A stretch of 64,000 bases of DNA from contig OX597820.1 of NCBI GenBank assembly GCA_951406725.2, positions 102,610,001-102,674,000 of the forward strand. Direction: 5' to 3'. Position numbers and translations under genes: made by a program. The number at the start of each line of letters is the position of its first letter. The first letter of the stretch is position 1. This DNA comes from Octopus vulgaris (Eukaryota). The notes under the pieces are model-generated. The model was given only the letters and a program-made list of their open reading frames with translations. It made no database searches and had not been told where the DNA came from. This document shows positions 55,114 through 64,000 of the stretch, one piece after another.

Positions 55114-55362
55114 GAACACACATATATACACATATATGCACATATATACACCAATACACATACGCGTATATATACATATGTATATACACATGCATACACA
55201 CACACACGCGCATCTATATATACATAAATACATACAGGCATACATACATATACTTATACACATATACATACATGCATACACAAATAATAAATATATATAC
55301 GTGCAAATACCCATACTCACACATACATATACGCGTACATGTACACATACATACAGATACGC

Positions 55363-55433
<71 letters not shown>

Positions 55434-55466
55434 CATATATATATATACACATACATATATATATAT

Positions 55467-55519
<53 letters not shown>

Positions 55520-55580
55520 CATACACATGTGTGTGAATGTATAGACAAACAAACACACACAAATATATTTAACACACAAA
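54565..55580. repeat. Long degenerate (TA)/(CA) low-complexity tract
   Basis: Seen directly; source of the 289-aa H/I/Y/T ORF. Confidence 0.95.
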
Positions 55581-55802
55581 TATTTCTTGGCTGTCTACTC
55601 CTTATGCAGAGTCAGGCCACCACTTTTACTTACATCTTATATCTGTCGTGGCGCCTGATGTAGCTTCTTAAACCAGACAATATTAAAAAAAAAACCTCTA
55701 CATAAATTGCATATCTGTTTTGAACCATATATTAGTAAATACACAAACACACACGCGCACACACATACACACACACATTTATATCAGCATATATATATAT
55801 GC

Positions 55803-55947
55803 AAAAGAAGACATGAAAATGGAGATTTGGAAGTTAATAAATGCTTATTTTGAACAACAAATTGGTCATATTCGCTGAAGACAACCAATTTGTTGTTCAT
55901 AGTAAACAATTATTAACTCTCTGATATCCATTTTCTTTTCTTCTTTT
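55803..55947. repeat. ~60 bp-arm inverted repeat
   Basis: GAAAATGGA...GTTAATAA...TGAACAACAAATTGGT / ACCAATTTGTTGTTCA...TTATTAAC...TCCATTTTC. Confidence 0.75.
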
Positions 55948-56153
55948 AAATAGATACAAACTATATGCTTTATATATACTCTTACTCTCTTTTACTCTTT
56001 TACTTGTTTCAGTCAAATGACTGCGGCCATGCTGGAGCACATCTATTATTTTAAGGAAATTCTCTCCCCCAAAATTCTAGTTATTGAACCAGTATTTCCT
56101 TGGATGAAACCATTCCTTCTTGATGTTAACATATCCTCTAATTAAATATATAT

Positions 56154-56202
<49 letters not shown>

Positions 56203-56402
56203 GGGAGAATTCACAAAAAAAAGCAAAAGACGAAGACAGGTGGTGTAGACAACAAACAAATGTATTAGTATAACGCTCGGGAAGTAAAAAAGTCTTTAAC
56301 GTTTCGAGCCTACGCTCTTCCACAGAAGGGAACACAGAAAGAAACAAGGAGAGAAATTAAAGAATGTGTAGCGGCTAGTAATCTATCATTGCGAATGCCG
56401 GA
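56203..56402 (-). mobile_element. Family B short element with hammerhead-like motif, inside (TA)n
   Basis: Minus strand CTT-CTGTGGA-A-GAGC-GTAG-GCTC-GAAACGTT-AAAG; (TA)n immediately on both sides. Confidence 0.75.
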
Positions 56403-56537
56403 CATATATATATACACACACACAAAGGATAAAACCATTATTTAGAATAACGATCATATCAAGTGTCCAGCATAGAAAAACCGTATATGTAATAATTATT
56501 ATAGATATATAATAATATAAAATATAGCTATAATTGA

Positions 56538-56789
56538 GGGTACCGAAGAGGCCCCACCATGCCAGAAATAGCAGTCAAATCTGACACTAGAACCACATCA
56601 TGTATTCATATTGCACAGATGAAAAGATGATTTCAGCCTGAAACCGTCGATCTGGGGTTCACCATTCATTTTTTTTAATTAATTTCTTTGTTCATATATA
56701 TTTTCACCTGTGCTATATGAATACATGATATGGTTCTAGTGTCAGCTTTGACTGCTATTTCGGGAATGGTGGTACCTCTTCCGTACCCT
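56538..56789. repeat. ~90 bp-arm inverted repeat
   Basis: GGGTACCGAAGAGG...AAATAGCAGTCAAA.CTGACACTAGAACCA...ATGTATTCATA vs reverse complement at 56701-56789. Confidence 0.85.
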
Positions 56790-56796
56790 TACAGTA

Positions 56797-56848
<52 letters not shown>

Positions 56849-57732
56849 AATATGTATATACATACATACACATGTGTGTGAGTGTATACACACACAAACA
56901 CACACAAATATATTTAACACACACACACATACACATATATATATAATCTTATTTTATCCTTTAGTTGTTTCATTCAGGCTTGAAGGGTTTTAATCGATCA
57001 AATGGGCCCTGGGATTTATTTTTTGTTTTAAAGCCTGGTACTTATTCTATCGGCCTCTTTTCCCGAACCGCTAAATTACGGGAGACGCAGACACATACAA
57101 TATCGGTTGTCAAGCGGAGATGCGATACAAACACTGAGTGTGGTTGAGTTCGGTAAACGCAAAATGTGCAGAAGCCTGTCATCTCTGATTAGGTGTGTAC
57201 TTGTGTGTACATCTCCTACATCCCTGCTTGACAATCGGCTTTGACCATGTAACTTACCAGTTCGAGAAAAAACACCGACTAGTCTTCAAAGAAAATGCTT
57301 CAAAAGAAGTACTATTTAATGGATTAAACCCTTTTATGCTGTGCCCTAGCATGGTAGCAGGATGATCCAGCACAATGTCTGAAACAAATAAAAAATGTGG
57401 CTCGCACACACATGTATATCAACACTTATTAATCTCTCTTTCTCTTCCTTTCACTCTCTTTCACTCTCCTCTTCTCTCTCTTTCCTGAAAGACAGGACAG
57501 GGAGAGACACGTGGGATGGAGAGCCGCTGAAAAGGTTACAAGGTAGGAGATAAAATAACAACAATAATGAAATAAATCTGAAGTGAAGAATGAATATAGG
57601 GTACGTGTGTTTATTTGGCTAAAACAAAAGTCATCCCGAAATGTAACAATATCTGTTTCAACACACAATTGCACATCAGGAATCGTTGCAAAACAAATAC
57701 ATAAACGTATATTTATGTATTTACATAGCCAT

Positions 57733-58160
57733 ATAGGAGCGGCTGTGCGGTAAGTAGCTTGCTTACCAACCACATGGTTCCGTGTTCAGTCCCACTGCGT
57801 GGCACCTTGGGCAAGTGTCTTCTACTATAGCCTCGGGCCGACCAAAACCTTGTGAGTGGATTTGGTAGACGGAAACTGGAAGAAGCTCGTCGTATATATG
57901 TATATATATATGTATGTATGTGTGTGTATATGTATGCGTGTGTATGTTTGTGTGTCTGTGTTTGTCCCCCCAACATCGCTTGACAACCGATGCTGGTGTG
58001 TTTACGTCCCCGTAAACTTAGCGGTTCGGCAAAAGAGACCGATAGAATAAGTACTAGGCTTACAATGAATAATTCCTGGGGTCGATTTGCTCGACCAAAG
58101 GCGGTGCTCCAGCATGGCCACAGTCACATGACTGAAACAAGTAAAAGAAATAAAAGAGTA
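57733..58160 (+). mobile_element. SINE family A, full length
   Basis: GGCTGTGCGGTAAG A box, GTTCAGTCCC B box, CACCTTGGGCAAGTGTCTT CORE-like segment, TA/TG microsatellite, AAAAGAGTA tail. Confidence 0.92.
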
Positions 58161-58235
58161 CATATGTGTGTGTGTGTGTGTGTTGATATATATATATATA
58201 TATATTTATATATACACGCATGTCAATTTGTATTT

Positions 58236-59054
58236 GTTTGAAGCCGATTGGCACAGAGTGACCTTGAACTCTGTTGTGAATGCGCACAATGTTTTAACGT
58301 TCTAGCTCACTTCCGCTGTTTACAAGTTTTGGGAAGGAAGGTGTGTAGCGTGTGATCGTTGCATTGACCATGACAAAGAAAGTTGTCATAGCGATACCTG
58401 CTCAGAGACCTACTCAAAGCTGGAGAAATCCGTAGACAAGTGTACAATTGGTTTAGACGTTTCCAAGATGGTAGAAAAGATGTCATCAATAGTGACGAAC
58501 GTCCTGGGTGACCCGCAACGAGAAGTACTGAGAAGAACATCGCAGATCTGCATGCAACTGTGAGGGGGAATCGTCGAATTATCATCCGTGAGTTAACAGA
58601 GGATGTGCAGATAAGTTACGGTTCAGTTCAGTCCATCATCACTGAAGATTTGGCTATGAGACGCGTGGCTCACATTTTTGTACCAAAACTTCTTTCAGCT
58701 AACCAAAGAGACACACGGCTTTCAGTAGCAAAAGATTTCTTTGATTGTGTCGAGAACGATAAAGACTTTTTAAAAACTTTGCGTAGGCCTCTGAGCAGGT
58801 ATCGCAAAGCTTTTGGCAAAATTTGATGTAGATTATCTGCTCAACTTACTCTGCCATGTTCAATGCGACGATTCCATGCTACACACGTTCATCCCAAGCA
58901 TTGCTGTAAACAGAGAGAGTGATCTAGAGCGTTAAACCTTAGTATGCATGCACAGTTAAGTCCAAAATCAATCTGTGACAAGCAGCTTAACTCTGAGTGC
59001 TTTAGCTTCGTTACTATGGCAACAGTCCGGATACTTATTGATCAGGCCATGTGT
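58236..59054 (+). mobile_element. Fold-back mariner derivative (N-terminal transposase fragment between inverted copies of the 5' end)
   Basis: QVYNWFRRFQDG..DERPG*PA..NRRIIIRELTEDVQISYGSVQSIITEDLAMRRV..FVPKLL (mariner HTH/WVPxL region); 58777-59054 is an inverted copy of the 5' region ending in TIR-like CCGGATACTTATTGATCAGGCCATGTGTA. Confidence 0.85.
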
Positions 59055-59069
59055 ATGTGTATATATGTA

Positions 59070-59376
59070 TACTTGTTTTAGTCATTTGATTGCGGCCATG
59101 CTGGAGCACCGCCTTCATGGGTTTTACCGAACAAATCAACCCTAGGACTTATTCTTTGTACGCCTAGCACTTATTCTATCAATCTCTTTTGCTAAAACAG
59201 TTCTATATTTAAGAGATGAGGAAATGTGTACGTTATTTGGGTTATCTGCATTTGATGGATATTTGTCCTCATCTTGTTTGTTGTTAACACAACGTTTCGG
59301 CTGATATACCCTCCAGCATTCACCAGGTGTGTTGGGAAAATTTCGAAACTGTTATCATTCCTAAGATATTTTTCGA

Positions 59377-59463
<87 letters not shown>

Positions 59464-59702
59464 CATTATTATTATTATTATTATTCAGGTTACTGCCTGG
59501 AATCGAACTCGGAATCTTGGGGTTAGTGGCCTGCGCTCTTAACCACTTCGCCATATGCTGAACCGCTAAATTACAAGGATGCAAACACGCCAGCCTCGGT
59601 TGTCAAGCGATGGTGGGGCAACAAATACAGACAAAAAGACACACACACATAAATACAGACGCGCACGCACACACACAGACATACACACACACGCGCGCGC
59701 AC

Positions 59703-59735
<33 letters not shown>

Positions 59736-59855
59736 TGACAGGCTGCTTTCAGTTTCCGTCTACGGAATAGAAGACACTTGCCGAAGGTTCCACATAGTGG
59801 GACTGAACCCGCAACCTTGTGTTTGGTAAGCAAGCTTCTTACCACATAGCCACAC
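59070..59855 (-). mobile_element. SINE family A interrupted by a nested insertion
   Basis: Family motif CTCTTTTGCCGAACCGCT is split between 59193 and 59560. Confidence 0.88.
59194..59559 (-). mobile_element. tRNA-headed SINE with internal (AAT)n and 3' hammerhead motif
   Basis: Head GCATA-TGGCGAAGTGG-TTAAGAGC...GAGTTCGATTCC (A and B boxes, 59486-59558); hammerhead ACAC-CTGGTGA-AT-GCTG...CAGC-C-GAAACGTT-GTGT at ~59287-59330. Confidence 0.8.
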
Positions 59856-61504
59856 ACGCACGCACATATATATATATATATCTATATACATACATACATA
59901 ATACATAAATACATACACACATACATACACAAATACACACACACACACATACACACATACATACACAAACACACACATACACACACACGCACATACGCAC
60001 ACAAACACATAGCACATGCATACACACACACGCACATATATATGTATATATATATATATATAAACATGTTTATGTATATTTGTGACTGTGCGTCCATTGA
60101 TTATACATATACGTTTAAGTTGAGAGACAAAAACATTTTACTCAGTTTCTGATGTAAAAATATATATTTATTGAAAATCTCTTGAAGATTCTGTCCATTA
60201 TTAATCGGATTTCTTCACACTTAGATATACGGTCATTTAATAAAATATAAATAGAACAAATCTCTTTTTGCAAAGCAATAGATTAGCCGATTATATTTCC
60301 TCAAAATAGAGTTAGGAGTAAGACTATGCTGCAGATCAGAAGAGATGGCTGAGCTAGTAAGGTGTTGAAAAGGGTGAGTAAATGTACTTCTTTCAGTACT
60401 ATGCTCTTCAAGAGGCAATCATTCCACGTCTTTCATTAATCTGATGGCTAACGACATGATATTAAAAAATGCTGGACATTTAGCCAAGTGGAACTTATCC
60501 AGAGAAAAACTCCTCCAAAGATGGCCATCGGAGGGTTCTTACTTCTAATTGAGTGATTTAGCTGGCGACTTTGATATCTGAAACTCTTTTGCAAGGTAGT
60601 GTCTACATTATAATATCATGTTCCATTACAGTGTGATGTAGCTTTATCAACGATGCTTTATTTAATCTCGGGCATCTCAGATATTTATTTCCTGAATTTC
60701 GAGAAACCGTTTTGAGAAAATGTAGAGATAGTTTGCTAGTCCTTGACTTAAATGACTATAGACGCTGGTAGTGACCTATTTTGAATGTTTTTGGAGTAAA
60801 GCACAACTGCATTTATGATTTGCTATCGAAAAATGTTACAAACACTTTGTAACATACTGCTTTTGAAAGTCAGGAACCTATAGATATGGTATGCGTGCTT
60901 ATGTGTATGCGTATGTGTGTGCGTGTGATTGCATGTTTGTGTGTGTTTTGTGTATATGCATAGACTCATAGATACCTACCCATACATACACACATATATG
61001 CATGTAAATATACATGTGCGTGCGGGTGTCTGTATTTGTATAGCCTCATATCTATCGTGTTCCATACGACAACGTTACAAATTTCACATTGCAAATTAGG
61101 TGTTGCTCTCAAAGTGTATGACTGACTATGGACATGTTGTGTATGAGTGTGTTTGTGTAATGAATGTAAAATATTGACAATCCCGAAACTGCAGAACGCA
61201 TTTGATGTTTTAGCTTCAGTAAACACTATTCCATGGCTGTAGGCAAACGTAAATCAGAAGAAAATCCCAGGGGGTCGAAGTTGCAGGTAGATTGCTATGT
61301 CAACAGCCTCGGTATGAGTTCGAAGCAAGAGACACTGCATAAATGTCATGGCGAAGATTATAGCTGTGTAGCATGATAGTTCAAACAAGCCAGAACCATC
61401 AGCACGCTAGGGATTGTAACATAGTAATCGAATATTTTGTCGATGATCCTTTCTAATTGTTTCAATATGAATGTATATAAGCAACTGTGTCACTCTGGAT
61501 ATAC

Positions 61505-61700
61505 AGGATTCAAATTTTGGCACATTGCCAAAATTTTCAAGGGGTGGGTTAAGTCGATAAGATCGATCTCAATGCTCAACTGGTACTTATTTTATCGATC
61601 CTGAAATAATAAAAAGTGAAGTCGACTTTCATGGTATTTGAACCTAGAACGTAAAGACGGACGGAATGCCACTAAGCATTTTTCCCTGCCGTGCTAACGA
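61505..61700 (-). mobile_element. SINE family D, diverged
   Basis: TTCAAATTTTGGCAC...CTGGTACTTATTTTATCGA...GAACGTAAAGACGG...CTAAGCATT...GCTAACGA. Confidence 0.75.
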
Positions 61701-62140
61701 TTTTTATTTTATGTTGCTTATAGGAACTGTTAAATGTTACACGTTTCCATGCTATGCGTTATAGGTTTGTTTTGATGCTGTTCGAATAAACGTCTAGAGA
61801 GTATCAAACATTAATCTTTTGTCATCTATTTCAAAATCTTATCAAACTTCCTTTGAGGCTATAACTTTTTCAGTATATATAGGTGTGTTTGAGTTTGTGT
61901 GTGCGCGCAAGCGTATGTATACATATATTGCATATATGTATAAACATTAATATATATGTATGTAATATGTATGTATGTATGTATTTATGTATGTATGTAT
62001 GTATGTATGTATGTATGTATGTATGTATGTATGTATGTATGTATGTATGTATGTATGTGTGTGTGTATGTATGTGTGTATGTATATAGTAATAAATGAAT
62101 ATATGCATATATGTAAAAATCAAAGCTAATCCAAAGTTAA

Positions 62141-62218
62141 TTTTACAGAATGAAACCGCAGAAATTAGCGAAAGGAAAATTTTACAGAATGAAACCGCAG
62201 AAATTAGTGAAAGGAAAA
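62141..62218. repeat. 39-bp tandem duplication
   Basis: TTTTACAGAATGAAACCGCAGAAATTAG(C/T)GAAAGGAAAA twice. Confidence 0.9.
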
Positions 62219-64000
62219 TTTCTCAAAAACATTAAAGATGCAATTAAGGAAGCTTAATGGCATACTAGGGATACTATTAGCACAACGAAAAATGTATTAA
62301 TTCTGAATTGCGGTATGTTATCTAGTAAATGGGATGTTATATCTTGCAAATGGAGGTGTATTTATAACTAGTAAATTATAAAACATGGGTGATCGATTAA
62401 TAAAATATTTAGAAAGTTAAACAAATGCTTGGTAGTATTTGTTACACTTGTTTGCATTTTGCGTTCAAATCCCGCCGTATCAACTTCGCCATTTGTTCTT
62501 CTGGAGGTTGATAAACAACGTAGGAATCAAATATTAGATCTCTCATCTCTCTCCCTTTTCTTCTTAATTCCATAGTGTAGAGGGCACGTCACTATGACAA
62601 AGACGCAGAGCATAGCGTGCAGCAAACCTTTCCTCCAATACAACAGTTTCCAGTCTTTCACACTGTAATACGCCAATGCATTGTTAAAACATGGCACATA
62701 ATGATGAATAATAAAGGGATACGCTTGTAGAAAATATTTCAGAAAGATTGACTAATATGATAAGAAGGAAACAATTTCTTAATTGAAATCGTATGGGATG
62801 AAGTGAAGTGTAACACTTCTCACTTACAAATATTGCACTATATGAGGAATTATTTGAGAAAAGAGACGTAAATTAATTTGGTAAAAACGTGAAGCCCAAC
62901 ACATCTATCTCTCACTTAGGTCGCTTTTGCTCACATCCTTGCCATTGCTTTTCGGTCTTTAATTTGTGTTATTTAAGAAGCAATGCAACAGTTTTACAAA
63001 TCAGTTAGCTCTTTCGTAGTTATATCAAGTGGAATAATTATGTAAGATAAAATATCGTATTAATTGCATTGAATACTAACACAAAACTAACACAAAATAA
63101 ATTTGATATAATAAATGTAATATAATCATCTGATACTTTAAAGAAACTCATTAGGGATTACTTAGCGGGTCATTGGATGTTCGAGCTAATTCAACCAATC
63201 GAATTATACATGCATCGGTGTACTATTTGTGCCCAACACTTGAAATCAAGACTTTAGCAAAGGAAAATCTGGTTCATCTTCTTCACTTTGTGACAGATGC
63301 TTATTAGAGCGGAAGGACAGCGGCAATTCATCCGTATTTCTTAATCATTGCCATCAAATTTGAGAGAATCACTCTTACCTGAGGTTATAACAGTCATCGG
63401 CTTACATTTTAATGATGAACGATTATAAGGAGGTAAATTAACTTAATTTTCCGATTCTTTTATTTTCTTGCTTCATGCAAATGTCCAAAGGATATGAAAA
63501 AATTACACCTCATTTTTTTTTGATTGCGAACCTTAGACGTGTATCTCGTTTCATTCAAAATTCGTCAATGCTGGGTGATGACCTAGCAGATTTTATGCTG
63601 CAACATATTTCTCCTGAAAATCGACGAAGTAATTGTTTTCTAAACCGATCTATTCAACTAGATTGCCAGAAATTAACAAGAATCTATAGAAAATCATAAT
63701 TATTTCAAATTTTATTGCTACTTCTACTGTTTGCAATAATTCTGTCACCTCTCAAACTAATTCTATTTTTCTCGGTGATATTATCATCTTTCAAACATTT
63801 TCAAACTTACATGCTATCTTGAAACTACTTTTCCAATACACATTTAAAATAAAATAAAAAGGTAACATCCAAATACTCTGATCTATAATTTAGATAAAAT
63901 ATCCTTTTATCAGAAACTCTCTTTCAGAAGTAGGTTTAATGAAATTTAATTTCTTATTGAATGTTGCAAAATTAAGTTATTCCTTACTAGTAGAAGCAAT

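Noticed and set aside
54794-55663. Longest ORF in the track (289 aa) and the many similar YI/HT/CV/MYVC ORFs
   Set aside because: Translations of (TA)n/(CA)n/(TATG)n tracts that lack stops by composition; no domain content.
59486-59558. Possible genuine tRNA gene
   Set aside because: Acceptor and anticodon stems do not pair properly and it is the head of a nested insertion; the same applies to the other SINE heads.
62141-62218. Direct repeats considered as CRISPR-like (also 37112-37170)
   Set aside because: Two adjacent copies with no spacers in a eukaryotic context; simple tandem duplications.
63379-63614. Minus-strand segment bounded by TTTTCAG acceptor-like and CAG|GTAAGA donor-like sites
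   Set aside because: No convincing reading frame and no partner exons; such sites arise by chance in AT-rich DNA.

Overview
AT-rich eukaryotic non-coding DNA, very dense in microsatellites ((TA)n, (CA)n, (TATG)n, (TATC)n, (ATT)n, (CCTA)n). The SINE repertoire looks like an Octopus/coleoid cephalopod genome (inferred from recognising the repeats, not from a search). I found no intact host protein-coding gene; nearly all ORFs in the track are microsatellite read-throughs. The window is a mosaic of mobile elements: two abundant tRNA-derived SINE families (A and D here) plus rarer SINEs; decayed retroelements (Penelope-like RT and GIY-YIG, RTE, Tx1/L1, an R4/Dong 3' end inside (TAA)n, Gypsy integrase); non-autonomous Helitrons; a TIR element; and a fold-back mariner derivative. 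The most notable signal is about ten Penelope-type hammerhead ribozyme motifs. These include one that folds completely (41389-41453), a short microsatellite-embedded family with a variant core, and a tRNA-headed SINE carrying a hammerhead in its 3' part (59194-59559). Coordinates were read by eye and element ends are approximate.
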